Shown here: positions 40,697 to 52,011 of the stretch, piece after piece
Position numbering within the stretch: position 1 is the stretch's first letter
How the letters are laid out: each line of letters opens with the position of its first letter
Source: an uncultured Gemmatimonadales bacterium
GTDB taxonomy: Bacteria; Gemmatimonadota; Gemmatimonadetes; Gemmatimonadales; GWC2-71-9
Direction: 5' to 3'
Assembly: GCA_963728915.1 (NCBI GenBank)
Contig: CAVSLV010000004.1
Span: forward strand, 384,001-448,000
Length of the DNA: 64,000 nt
The notes under the pieces: model-generated
The model's database searches: none
What the model was told of the DNA's origin: nothing
Seen by the model: the letters and a program-made list of their open reading frames with translations, nothing else
Position numbers and translations under genes: made by a program

Positions 40697-41521
40697 TTAT
40701 CGCTGGCAGCGATGGCAGAACACTGTAATCCTCCCATCGATCGCGTGGGTCGCTGCGAGGGTCGTGCCGCATCGGACACAGGGAAACCCCTCCCTGCCGT
40801 AGACCTTGAGCTGGAGCTGAAATCCGCCTTTTCGTCCCCGACCGGTTCGGTAGTCCCGGATAGTGGAGCCCTGCGCCGCGATAGCCCGGCGGAGAATCCG
40901 TCGAAGCGCCCGATACAGGGAGGCGATCGCTTCGGGCGGCACCCGGTTGGCGGGCTTGGAGGGATCGATCCGCGCCTCGAACAGGGCTTCCTGGGCGTAG
41001 ATGTTCCCGACCCCCGCCAGCGCATGCTGGTCCATCAGCACCTTCTTGACCGCTGCCCGGGACCCCGACAGGATCCGCCCTAACCCGGCGGGCCGGAAGT
41101 CCGTGGCGAGGGGCTCCGGCCCCAGCGCCCCATCGTAGTCGTTCCAGGCGTCACCATCGAGCCAGAGCAGGGTGCCCAGCCGCCGGGGGTCGCGATAGAC
41201 CAGCTCTCTGCCATCGGAGAGTCCGATCCGGAGAACCTGGTACTTTCCGACCCCCTGCCCCCCCGACCCCCCGACCACTGAGAGCGACCCCGTCATCCCG
41301 GGTTGCACCACCAGCCGGCCCCGGTCGGTGACGATGATGGCGTGCTTGGCCCGGCGAAACACCTCCTGCACCGTTGCCCCTCGCAACCCGGCCAGCAGCC
41401 GGCGGCGAGTCACCCCGCGCAGCACGTCCTCGTGCGACAGGCGGGCGGACAGGAAACGGCGCCCGGTGACACGAGCGGCGATGTCGCGTACGAAGGTTTC
41501 GACTTCGGGGAGTTCCGGCAA
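40697..41521 (-). CDS. mutM: Formamidopyrimidine-DNA glycosylase
   Basis: PELPEVE N-terminus, DPRRLG, GVGNIYAQE, C-terminal zinc finger. Confidence 0.95.
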   Translation of the reverse strand: MPELPEVETFVRDIAARVTGRRFLSARLSHEDVLRGVTRRRLLAGLRGATVQEVFRRAKHAIIVTDRGRLVVQPGMTGSLSVVGGSGGQGVGKYQVLRIGLSDGRELVYRDPRRLGTLLWLDGDAWNDYDGALGPEPLATDFRPAGLGRILSGSRAAVKKVLMDQHALAGVGNIYAQEALFEARIDPSKPANRVPPEAIASLYRALRRILRRAIAAQGSTIRDYRTGRGRKGGFQLQLKVYGREGFPCVRCGTTLAATHAIDGRITVFCHRCQR

Positions 41522-41524
41522 TGT

Positions 41525-42805
41525 TCAGAGCTGGGAGATCCGCCGGGCCTCTCGCCACCCGATGTCGTCGCGGAACTGTTTGCCCTCGAACCGGATCGCG
41601 GCCGCCCCCTCCCGGCTGGCTCGCTGCGCCGCAGTGAATGAATCGGCCAGCGCGGTCACCGCGAGGACCCGGCCTCCGTTGGTGCGCAGGACGCCCCGCT
41701 GATCCGCCTGGGTTCCCGCGTGAAAGATCAGCGTCGTATCAGGGAGGGAATCCGGCAGCTCGATGACGTCCCCGGCTCGCGGGTCGCCCGGATATCCCCC
41801 CGCCGCGAGAACCGTCGTCACCGCCGACCACGCGGTGATCTCCATCGAGCCGAAGGGTTGGCCCAGGGCCGCCGCCTGAAAGCACTCGAGCAGACCGGAA
41901 CGGATCCGGGGGACGATGACCTGTGCCTCCGGGTCGCCCAGCCGGCAATTGAACTCGATCACCGAGGGAGCTCCGGAGCGATCGATCATCAAACCGGCGT
42001 ACAGGACTCCTGAGAAGGGAGCGTCGCGCCGGGCCAGCTCCTCCAGGGTGGGCCGGAGGATCCGGGACTCCACCCGCTCGAGCAACGCGGCGGTCGCGAT
42101 GGAGACCGGGCTGTACGCCCCCATTCCCCCCGTATTGGGTCCCTGGTCGCCCTCGAGCAGGCGCTTGTGATCCTGCGCCGGAGGAAGAATCAGGAGATCG
42201 GTCCCGTTGGTCACAGCCATCACGGAGAGCTCCTCGCCATCGAGGAAGCCCTCGATCACCACGGTGCGTCCCGCCTCGCCGAACAGGCCATCCCGCAGCA
42301 TGCTGGTGAGGGCCCGATGCGCTTCCGAGCGGGTTTGGCAGATGACCGCACCTTTGCCGGCGGCGAGGCCGCTCGCCTTGACGACGATGGGAATTTCCTG
42401 CCGGTCGATGTAGGCGATGGCCAGATCCAGCTCGGTGAAGGTGCGGCTTGGCGCGGTCGGAACGTTTGCCTTGGCCATGACGTCCTTGGCGAACGCCTTG
42501 GACGATTCGATCCGGGCCGCGGACGCCGAAGGTCCGAAAACCGTCTTCCCCGCCTCGCGGAGCCGATCGGCGAGTCCCGCGGCGAGCGGCGCCTCCGGTC
42601 CAACCACCACCAGGTCGATGGCGTGATGCTCGGCCGCCGCCACCAGCCGGTCGATATCCGTCGGCCCGATCGGAAGGTTGGTGGCCATGCCAGCGGTTCC
42701 CGGGTTTCCCGGGGCGGCGAACAGGGATCTGGCCCCGAGCGAGCGGCGGATTCCCCAGCAGATGGCGTGTTCTCGTCCACCGCCACCGACCACCAGCACC
42801 TTCAT
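41525..42805 (-). CDS. purD: Phosphoribosylamine--glycine ligase
   Basis: [26 protein letters not shown] and NTGGMG motifs. Confidence 0.97.
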   Translation of the reverse strand: MKVLVVGGGGREHAICWGIRRSLGARSLFAAPGNPGTAGMATNLPIGPTDIDRLVAAAEHHAIDLVVVGPEAPLAAGLADRLREAGKTVFGPSASAARIESSKAFAKDVMAKANVPTAPSRTFTELDLAIAYIDRQEIPIVVKASGLAAGKGAVICQTRSEAHRALTSMLRDGLFGEAGRTVVIEGFLDGEELSVMAVTNGTDLLILPPAQDHKRLLEGDQGPNTGGMGAYSPVSIATAALLERVESRILRPTLEELARRDAPFSGVLYAGLMIDRSGAPSVIEFNCRLGDPEAQVIVPRIRSGLLECFQAAALGQPFGSMEITAWSAVTTVLAAGGYPGDPRAGDVIELPDSLPDTTLIFHAGTQADQRGVLRTNGGRVLAVTALADSFTAAQRASREGAAAIRFEGKQFRDDIGWREARRISQL

Positions 42806-43815
42806 TTCTGCTGGGCCTTTCGAAACGCATCCCGAGCCGCCTCGGCGGCCTTTTTCGCGGCTTCAGTCACCTTGGCTTTCGCCTCCCGGAACTCACCCGC
42901 ATAGAAGTCTCTGGCGTGTCCGAAATCCGAGCGGATCGAGCGCTCCTTGGCCTCGCTGCCGCGCCGGACGTACTCTCCCCGAAGAATACGCTCGTACTCG
43001 CCCGCGCCAATCCACTTCTGGAGCTCGGCCGCGCGCACCGTATGCATCGGATGGGTGAGCGCCAGGGTGTTCACCAGCTTGTACACGAAGTCGAGCCCTT
43101 CGTTGGTCGCGATGTACTCGTTGGCCTGGGCGATGAACGGATCGACCGCCATCTGCCCCGACTCGAGCGCGCCCCGGTAGGCGCCCGCCATTTTCATGAA
43201 CAGCTGCTGCGAGGCGATGATGTTCTGGCTGCCCAGGAGTCCGGCGCGGTCGGCCGAAAGCTCCGATTTGCGCGACCACTCGAGCACCGCGAGCCGGATG
43301 GGAAGCAGCGCGATTCCCGCGAGGAAGGGCAGCGAGCCGAGGCTCACCAGCAGCAGGATCTCGGCGATGGTGCGATAGAGCGCATGTCCGCTCACCACGT
43401 GGCCCATCTCGTGGGCGAGCAACACCCGGACCTCCTCTTCATTGAGCAGCTCGAGGGCGGCGGAGTGGATCACCACGAAGGGATCGTCCACCCCGTAGGC
43501 CCCGGCATTGAAGATCGGAGTCTGGGTGACGTAGAGCTCCGGCAGCTTGGGCCAGTCGAAGGTCGAAGCGACCTCGACATGGAGGCCGTAGGGGATGGGG
43601 TACTGTTGCGGACCGGCCCGTACCGCATTTCCCTGGAACAACAGGCGGATGCCGCGCTCGCCGCCCAGGAAGGCCACGATCTTGCGCACCACCTCGTCGA
43701 AGCCGGGAATCGCGCGCAGGGTCTGCAGCGCGGCGCGATCGGCGGGGTGCTCCCAGGAGACCGCGGCGATCTGCGGAAAGGCGACTCGGGGACGAAAACT
43801 CGGGACCGACGTCAT
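42802..43815 (-). CDS. M48 family metallopeptidase
   Basis: HEMGH, ELSADRAG and THP motifs. Confidence 0.9.
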   Translation of the reverse strand: MTSVPSFRPRVAFPQIAAVSWEHPADRAALQTLRAIPGFDEVVRKIVAFLGGERGIRLLFQGNAVRAGPQQYPIPYGLHVEVASTFDWPKLPELYVTQTPIFNAGAYGVDDPFVVIHSAALELLNEEEVRVLLAHEMGHVVSGHALYRTIAEILLLVSLGSLPFLAGIALLPIRLAVLEWSRKSELSADRAGLLGSQNIIASQQLFMKMAGAYRGALESGQMAVDPFIAQANEYIATNEGLDFVYKLVNTLALTHPMHTVRAAELQKWIGAGEYERILRGEYVRRGSEAKERSIRSDFGHARDFYAGEFREAKAKVTEAAKKAAEAARDAFRKAQQK

Positions 43816-43825
43816 ACAGCCTCCT

Positions 43826-44989
43826 TCAATCGATGGCCTGTTTCAGGTCCGCGATCAGATCGTCCACGTCCTCGATTCCCAGGCTCAGGCGCAGCAGACT
43901 GTCGGTGAGCCCGATCCGCTTCCGGATCTCCAGGGGAACCGAAGCGTGCGTCATCGAAGCCGGGTGCCCGATCAGGCTCTCCACCCCGCCGAGGGATTCG
44001 GCGAGCTGGAAGAGGCGGACCCGTTCCACGATCCGGCGCGACAGCTCGATGTCTTCCACATCGAATGACACCATGCCCCCGAATCCTCCCATCTGGCAGC
44101 GGGCCAGTTCATGCTGAGGGTGGGTCGGCAGGCCGGGATAGTAGACCTTCCGGATCCTGGGATGGGTGGTCAACCATTCCGCCATCCGGCGGCCGTTGGC
44201 GTCATGCTGTCTCATACGGAGGATCAGCGTTTTGGTTCCGCGGAGGGCCAGCCAGCAGTCCATCGGGCCGGGAACGGCGCCGCTCGCGTTCTGAATGAAG
44301 CCCAGTCGCTCGGCGATGTCGTCGCGGCTGGTCACCAGCATTCCCCCGACCATGTCGCTGTGCCCGTTCAGGTACTTCGTCGTGGAGTGGAGCACGATCT
44401 CGGCGCCCAGCTCGAGGGGACGCTGGAAGACGGGGGTGGCGAAAGTGTTGTCCACCGCCACCGGGACCCCGCGCGCGGCGGCGAGGTCGCCCACCGCGCG
44501 GAGATCGGTCAGGAACATCATCGGATTGGTGGGCGTCTCGCAGTAGATGAGCCGGGTCTCCGGGGTCAGGGCCCGCTCCACGTTCGCAACCTCCCGGGTG
44601 TCCACGAAGCTGAACCGGATCCCGAAGGTCTCGTAGATCCGGGTCATGAGCCGATGCGACCCGCCATAGAGATTGTCGCCCGACACCACGTGGTCGCCCG
44701 GCTTGAGGAGCTTGAGCACCGCGTCCAGCGCGGCCAGCCCGGAACCGAAGGCGAAGGCGTGGGTGCCCCCTTCCAGGGAGGCGACGTTCCGCTCCAGTGC
44801 TTCCCGGGTGGGGTTCTGGGTGCGGGCGTATTCATATCCCTTGTGCTTGCCCAGGCCCTGCTGGCGATAGGTGGACGTCTGGTAGATCGGAGTCATCACC
44901 GCCCCGGAAAGCGGTTCGTCGATCTGGCCGGCATGCACCGCGCGGGTGGGTAACCCGTACCCCTGATCGTCCGGGAGAATGCGTGTCAT
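43826..44989 (-). CDS. Cystathionine gamma-synthase/gamma-lyase family PLP enzyme
   Basis: YEYARTQNPT, ETPTNP, DNTFATP, HSTTKYLNGHSD and ESLGGVESL motifs. Confidence 0.95.
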   Translation of the reverse strand: MTRILPDDQGYGLPTRAVHAGQIDEPLSGAVMTPIYQTSTYRQQGLGKHKGYEYARTQNPTREALERNVASLEGGTHAFAFGSGLAALDAVLKLLKPGDHVVSGDNLYGGSHRLMTRIYETFGIRFSFVDTREVANVERALTPETRLIYCETPTNPMMFLTDLRAVGDLAAARGVPVAVDNTFATPVFQRPLELGAEIVLHSTTKYLNGHSDMVGGMLVTSRDDIAERLGFIQNASGAVPGPMDCWLALRGTKTLILRMRQHDANGRRMAEWLTTHPRIRKVYYPGLPTHPQHELARCQMGGFGGMVSFDVEDIELSRRIVERVRLFQLAESLGGVESLIGHPASMTHASVPLEIRKRIGLTDSLLRLSLGIEDVDDLIADLKQAID

Positions 44990-45040
44990 GGGAGCGGAGG
45001 CCTGTTGGTGAAGGGAGATACCCGGTTAGTGTTCAGATGC

Positions 45041-45111
45041 TGAGGGGCGAGGTGCCGACCCTCACACCTCGCACCTCAAACCTCAAACCTCAAACCTCAC
45101 CCTTCAAACCT
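45041..45111. repeat. Inverted 7-mer arrays (short GAGG arm; CCTCA(A/C)A x~7)
   Basis: tgaggggcgaggtg ... cctcaca cctcgca cctcaaa cctcaaa cctcaaa cctcac, ending just before ATG 45119. Confidence 0.8.
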
Positions 45112-45118
45112 AGCACGC

Positions 45119-45670
45119 ATGGGCCAGATTCAGATGGCGGTCCGGATGCTGGAGAAGAAGGACGAGTACACCCGCGGCCATTCCCAGCGGGTCAGCCGCT
45201 ACGCCGCCCACACCGCCACACTCTTGGGTTTTTCAGGTGACATGCTGGATCAGATCAGGCTCGGTGGAGAGCTTCACGATATCGGGAAGATCGGCACCCG
45301 CGACGCGGTGCTGCGAAAGCCCGGCCCGCTCACGCCGTCCGAATTCGAGGAGATGAAGCACCACGTGATCGAGGGCGAGGAGATCCTCGAGCCGCTCCGC
45401 CGCGATCACCCCATCGTGCTCCAGATCGTCCGGAGCCACCACGAGCGCTTCGACGGCAGCGGGTTCCCCGATGGGCTGCAAGGCGAAGGGATCCCCATGC
45501 CGGTCCGCATCGTCGCGGTGGCCGACGCGTTCGACGCCATGACCACCGAGCGCACCTACCGGCTGCCGGTGGCCGCCCGCGAGGCGCTGGCCGAGCTCCG
45601 ACGGTTGGCCGGGGCGCAATTCGATGGGGACGTCGTTGCGGCGTTCTCGAAGGTGTTCCCGACCCCCTGA
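45119..45670 (+). CDS. Stand-alone HD-GYP domain phosphodiesterase
   Basis: HSQRV, LHDIGKIG, HHERFDGSGFPDGL and VADAFDAM motifs. Confidence 0.9.
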   Translation: MGQIQMAVRMLEKKDEYTRGHSQRVSRYAAHTATLLGFSGDMLDQIRLGGELHDIGKIGTRDAVLRKPGPLTPSEFEEMKHHVIEGEEILEPLRRDHPIVLQIVRSHHERFDGSGFPDGLQGEGIPMPVRIVAVADAFDAMTTERTYRLPVAAREALAELRRLAGAQFDGDVVAAFSKVFPTP

Positions 45671-45700
45671 CCCCCCGACCCCCTGACCCTCCTACCTTCC
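45659..45700. repeat. C-rich 8-mer array C(C/T)GACCCC x~5 spanning HD-GYP stop to glmM start
   Basis: ccgacccc ctgacccc ccgacccc ctgaccct cctacctt. Confidence 0.8.
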
Positions 45701-45703
45701 GCC

Positions 45704-47065
45704 ATGTCTTCCACGCTGATCATTTCTCCCTCGGGGGTCCGCGGGATTGTGGGGGTCGACCTCACGCCCGATCTGGTCACCCGGTGGGCCGCCGCCCTGG
45801 GCGAGCGCGCCGCCACGCTGGGCGCCCCCCGGGTCGTGCTGGGCCGGGACGCCCGGACCAGCGGTGAGATGTTCGCCCGCGCCGCCTCGGCCGGGTTGCT
45901 CTCGGTGGGATGCGAGGTCATCGACATCGGTCTGGTCCCCACGCCCACCACCCAGCTCGCGGTCGAGTTCCATCACGCCGGCGCGGGACTCATGCTCACC
46001 GCGAGTCATAACCCGGTGGAGTGGAATGCGCTGAAGCTCATCGGGCCCGACGGCGTCTTCCTCGATGCGGCCGGCGTCGCCGACGTTCGGGCCCGCGCCG
46101 AGCGGGGTCCCGCCTGCCGGGGCTGGGATGGCATGGGACACCTGCGTCACGATCGGGTCGCGATCGAACGACATCTCGATCTGGTCCTCGCCCTTCCGAT
46201 CCTCGACGTCAAAGCAATCGAGGGGCGCCGCTTCAAGGTTGCCGTCGACTGCGTCCGCGGGGCGGGTGGGGTCATCATTCCTGAACTGTTGCGGCGGCTC
46301 GGCTGTGAGGCGTCGGGGATACACCTCGAGACCGACGGGCGGTTTCCCCGGGAGCCCGAGCCGCTCCCGGAAAACCTCGGGGAGCTGGGCGAGCTGGTCC
46401 GGAGCACAGGAGCCGATCTCGGGATCGCGGTGGATCCGGATGTGGACCGGCTCGCCCTGGTGGACGAACAGGGCCGGGCGATCGGCGAGGACTATACCCT
46501 GGCTTTTGCGGTCCGCGCCGTCCTGCAAGCGGCCGCCAAATCCGATTCCGCGCCTGTGGTTGTGGCGAATCTCTCCACCAGCATGGTGGTGGAAGATGCC
46601 GCCCGCGACGGCGGCGCCAGGTTCATTCGTGCACCCGTTGGTGAATCGAACGTCGCCAGAGCGATGCTGGAGCACGGCGCCCTGATCGGGGGCGAGGGCA
46701 ATGGCGGGGTGATCCTGCCGGCACTCCACGCCGGCCGTGACGCGCCCCTGGGGGTGGCGTTGATCTTGCAATACCTGGCTTTGGAAGACAGGTCCGTTTC
46801 GGCTCTTGTTTCGGCCGCACCACAGTACCGGATTATCAAGGCTAAAGTAAAACGGGGTAGTGACTTACCGCCGATTTACGCGAAGCTCAAATCCCGGTTT
46901 TCGGAGGCGAAAACGGACGAAACTGACGGGTTACGCCTGTCCTGGTCGGACCGCTGGGTCCACCTGAGGCCGTCCGGGACCGAGCCTGTCATCAGGATGA
47001 TCGCCGAGGCTCCGACCGAATCGGACGCGAACAGCCTGATCGCTGCATGTCGTGAGCTCTTCTGA
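45704..47065 (+). CDS. glmM: Phosphoglucosamine mutase / phosphohexomutase
   Basis: TASHNP, DPDVDR, GGEGNGG and RPSGTEP motifs; directly upstream of glmS. Confidence 0.82.
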   Translation: MSSTLIISPSGVRGIVGVDLTPDLVTRWAAALGERAATLGAPRVVLGRDARTSGEMFARAASAGLLSVGCEVIDIGLVPTPTTQLAVEFHHAGAGLMLTASHNPVEWNALKLIGPDGVFLDAAGVADVRARAERGPACRGWDGMGHLRHDRVAIERHLDLVLALPILDVKAIEGRRFKVAVDCVRGAGGVIIPELLRRLGCEASGIHLETDGRFPREPEPLPENLGELGELVRSTGADLGIAVDPDVDRLALVDEQGRAIGEDYTLAFAVRAVLQAAAKSDSAPVVVANLSTSMVVEDAARDGGARFIRAPVGESNVARAMLEHGALIGGEGNGGVILPALHAGRDAPLGVALILQYLALEDRSVSALVSAAPQYRIIKAKVKRGSDLPPIYAKLKSRFSEAKTDETDGLRLSWSDRWVHLRPSGTEPVIRMIAEAPTESDANSLIAACRELF

Positions 47066-47086
47066 TCAAGGAGACGGTTCGACCCA

Positions 47087-48916
<1,830 letters not shown>

Positions 48917-48940
48917 AGAGTAGGGGATCGGGGATAGGGC

Positions 48941-50254
48941 CTACGGTTGTACCGCCGGCCGAAGTCGAATGAAGCCAACCAGCCCCGCGGGCCGCCGGGT
49001 TCCATACACCGATTCCAGCTCCACCGGAACGAAGTTCAGGGTCGCCCGAACCCCCGCGGCCAGCTCGGTGTGCCGCCAGCCTCCCAAGTCCCGGACATAA
49101 CCCGCGGATACGCTCGAGACACCGTACCGTCGATCCAGGGGGACGCCGGGGACCGCGAGGTCCTCCGCGCTCTTCTGAACCCAGGTTCCCCGGCCGAAGA
49201 CGCTGTGACCGCGACTGAGCTGGAAGTTGGTCTCGACGGTGACGCTGTGCGAAGTCCGCTGGTGGCGGCTCGCCCCCCAGATCAGCGCGGTGGACCACGC
49301 GCCTCCCCCCGGGAGCGGACGAGTGTAGAGCAGGGAGGCGCCGAACCGTCGCTCCGATTGCAGCGAGTCCGATCGGTCGGGGCTCTTCAGAAACCCGTAG
49401 CTCGCGCTCCCACTCCACCGCGGCGCCGGGTTCACCAGCAGGCGAACGCTCCAGGAGTCCGGCCGCCGCAGGTCGAGGTCGTAGCGCTGCTCGTCCGGCT
49501 CCCTCCCGTTGAACCAGCTTCCCTCGAGTTTGGCGGAGCGGGTGAAGACGCCGGCGGTGAGGACTCCGTAGGTGATGTGGGTGGCATCCTGCCAGTGATG
49601 CGCGATGGGGGCCAGCGGATCGCTTTCCGCCGAGGGGCGGTGCATGTATGCCACCGGCCCCAGCGCGGGTTCCCCGACCGGCCCTCCATACAGCGAAACC
49701 CCGAACCTCCGGCTGACCTGGTACTCGTACATCCCCACCAGCTCCACGAACAGATCGTGGGGATGCTGCCGGTCGTGCAGCGGGACGCCCTGCCAGGTTT
49801 CGCCACTCTGCAGCAGCAGGGGATAGCCCCTTCCGCCCACGGTGAGCGGCTCGGCGCTCGCCATGGCGTGGAGATGGAGCAGGCCGCGCCCGCTGGGTGA
49901 GGCATGCATCGCCATGAACATGAGCCAGTTGGTGCTCGCGATCTGGGCGGCGCCTCGCTCGGAGAACTGCCGGTTGAACACGAGGTCGAGATCCCCATGG
50001 AGCATCATGGTCCAGCGTCCCCGCATCCAGTGATAGGCGCGCATGGTCGCCGCGTCGGGAAGCCAGGCGCTGCCCGAGCCCATCCGGGTATGCGGGATCC
50101 CCAGCGGAGTCCGCATCGCCGAGTCATGGGTCATGCCCGCCATGTCCTCGTGCTGGGCGGAGAGCCGGGCCGCGCCGGCAAGGAGGAGGATCCCGACCAG
50201 CAAGGTGCGGGGTGTCGAGGACGTCGTGACCCGCGCCGCTATGTTATTCGCCAT
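48941..50254 (-). CDS. Secreted/outer-membrane protein with Met/His-rich N-terminus
   Basis: Signal peptide then QHEDMAGMTH; DRQHPHD and HHWQDATH segments; beta-strand-rich C-terminus; start uncertain. Confidence 0.7.
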   Translation of the reverse strand: MANNIAARVTTSSTPRTLLVGILLLAGAARLSAQHEDMAGMTHDSAMRTPLGIPHTRMGSGSAWLPDAATMRAYHWMRGRWTMMLHGDLDLVFNRQFSERGAAQIASTNWLMFMAMHASPSGRGLLHLHAMASAEPLTVGGRGYPLLLQSGETWQGVPLHDRQHPHDLFVELVGMYEYQVSRRFGVSLYGGPVGEPALGPVAYMHRPSAESDPLAPIAHHWQDATHITYGVLTAGVFTRSAKLEGSWFNGREPDEQRYDLDLRRPDSWSVRLLVNPAPRWSGSASYGFLKSPDRSDSLQSERRFGASLLYTRPLPGGGAWSTALIWGASRHQRTSHSVTVETNFQLSRGHSVFGRGTWVQKSAEDLAVPGVPLDRRYGVSSVSAGYVRDLGGWRHTELAAGVRATLNFVPVELESVYGTRRPAGLVGFIRLRPAVQP

Positions 50255-50696
50255 GCGAGTCGTCCTGCAGCGGGTGCGCCGGTCCTCGGTACGCGTCGGG
50301 GAATCGATGCTGGGCCGGATCGAGCGGGGGTACTGCCTGCTGGTCGGTTTCACTCACAGCGATACGGCGGACCAGGTCCGCTGGATGGTGGACAAGATAG
50401 CCGGGCTCCGTGTCATGGAGGACGGAGAGGGAAAAATGAATCTTTCGCTCGCCGACGTCGGCGGCTCGGTGCTGGTGGTGAGCCAGTTCACCCTCTATGG
50501 CGACGCGAGCAAGGGCCGGCGCCCCTCGTTTATCGACGCGGCCCGCCCGGAGGTCGCCATCCCGCTCTACGACCTGTTCTGCGAGGAGCTCCGGGGCCGG
50601 GGGCTCGAGGTCGCGACCGGCGAATTCGGCGCGATGATGGAGGTGGAGATCCTCAACGATGGCCCGGTGACGCTGGTGCTCGAGCGATCCGCGTGA
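50253..50696 (+). CDS. dtd: D-aminoacyl-tRNA deacylase
   Basis: MRVVLQRV, VSQFTL, GRRPSF and NDGPVT motifs. Confidence 0.96.
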   Translation: MRVVLQRVRRSSVRVGESMLGRIERGYCLLVGFTHSDTADQVRWMVDKIAGLRVMEDGEGKMNLSLADVGGSVLVVSQFTLYGDASKGRRPSFIDAARPEVAIPLYDLFCEELRGRGLEVATGEFGAMMEVEILNDGPVTLVLERSA

Positions 50697-51613
50697 CCCA
50701 TCATCCCCTGGTCCTCGCCTCCCGCTCGCCCCGGCGCAGCCAGCTGCTCGACATGCTCGGAATCCCTCACGTGGTGATGCCGGCCGAAGTCCAGGAGATC
50801 CGGCTGCCCCGCGAACAGCCCGCCGCCTACGCCCGGCGGCTGGCCCGTGACAAGGCCCGCGCGGTTCCCGGGCGTTGGGTCCTGGGGGCCGACACGATCG
50901 TCGTGGTCGACGATGAGGTCCTCGAGAAACCGGCCGACGCCGAGGACGCGGTGCGGATGCTGCTTCGGCTCGCCGGGCGTCGCCACGACGTCCTCACCGC
51001 GGTCTGCCTCATTGCCGATGGCGTCGAGCACGAGGCTATCGATACTTCCGCGGTGTTCTTCCGCCCCGCGGATGAAGGGCTCCTGCGCCGGTACGTCGCG
51101 ACCGGGGAACCACTCGACAAGGCGGGGGCCTATGGCATCCAGGGATACGGCGCCGCGCTGGTGGAGCGCATCGAAGGAGATTTCTTCTCGGTGATGGGAC
51201 TTCCAGTGCGGCTGGTCCTGGACCTGATGGCGAAGGCGGGGTGGGAGTATCGGTTTGGTCGGGGAGGTCGGAGAGGTCGGAGAGGTCAGAGAGGTCGGAG
51301 AGGTCGGAGAGGTCAGAGAGGTCGGAGAGGTCAGAGAGGTCGGAGAGGTCGGATCCCCCTTCCTCTCCGACCCTCTGACCTCCCCGACCTCCCCGACCCC
51401 CCGACCCCCCGACCCTCCTATTTCGGCGCCCCCACCAGGTACCGTCCCGGCGCCGTAATCGCGGCGCTCACCATGTCGGTCCCCGGCCGAGTGGTCGGGA
51501 GGAAGACCACCTGCCCGTTCTCCACCCGTCCGATCGCCAGCGCATGTTCGAACCCGATGTCGCTGCCGTACTGGTCCCGCGCTCCGGCCGGGGCGAGGAA
51601 ATGGGCCCCGTAG
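50693..51613 (+). CDS. maf: Maf family nucleoside triphosphate pyrophosphatase; domain ends near 51256 and the ORF reads on through a repeat array
   Basis: LVLASRSPRR, GADTIV, KAGAYGIQ and VMGLP motifs. Confidence 0.88.
   Translation: MTHHPLVLASRSPRRSQLLDMLGIPHVVMPAEVQEIRLPREQPAAYARRLARDKARAVPGRWVLGADTIVVVDDEVLEKPADAEDAVRMLLRLAGRRHDVLTAVCLIADGVEHEAIDTSAVFFRPADEGLLRRYVATGEPLDKAGAYGIQGYGAALVERIEGDFFSVMGLPVRLVLDLMAKAGWEYRFGRGGRRGRRGQRGRRGRRGQRGRRGQRGRRGRIPLPLRPSDLPDLPDPPTPRPSYFGAPTRYRPGAVIAALTMSVPGRVVGRKTTCPFSTRPIASACSNPMSLPYWSRAPAGARKWAP
51257..51418. repeat. Inverted arrays: GGTC(G/A)GAGA 9-mer x~11, then CCGACC 8/9-mers
   Basis: G-rich arm 51257-51353; C-rich arm 51364-51418. Confidence 0.92.
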
Positions 51614-51984
51614 CTGAAAATCAGCTTTGACTGGTCATGCAGAGGGCCGGGAGCCTCGAGATCCAGCCCGTACTCGCCCGGGATCGGATGAATGACGATC
51701 CGGACGCTGTCGCCCCGGGTCGCGGTCAGCGCCGAATCCCCGAACTCCATCCGCGCGAACAACCCGAAATCGGGAGCGGACCGGCGCAGCACGACGATCC
51801 GGGGGGCGCCGGGGGGAACCGTCACCGTGGTGTCATCGGGGAGAATGCCCGCTGCTTCCAGCACGAACACCTGGGACAGGGGGAGGGGACCCGGCGTGGC
51901 CCTGGTAGCGGGCGTGCCGCCGGCCGGTCCGGGAGGCCCGCATCCCGACAGGATCAGGAGTACGCGCGCTTGCTCCGCGCCCAC
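51418..51984 (-). CDS. Hypothetical lipoprotein
   Basis: LLILSGC lipobox; typical codon usage. Confidence 0.6.
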   Translation of the reverse strand: MGAEQARVLLILSGCGPPGPAGGTPATRATPGPLPLSQVFVLEAAGILPDDTTVTVPPGAPRIVVLRRSAPDFGLFARMEFGDSALTATRGDSVRIVIHPIPGEYGLDLEAPGPLHDQSKLIFSYGAHFLAPAGARDQYGSDIGFEHALAIGRVENGQVVFLPTTRPGTDMVSAAITAPGRYLVGAPK

Positions 51985-52011
51985 ACTCCCGGCTTATTGA
52001 AAGCACTGCCG

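Noticed and set aside
47066..47086. glmS ribozyme
   Set aside because: Only 21 nt separate glmM and glmS; there is no room and no recognisable motif.
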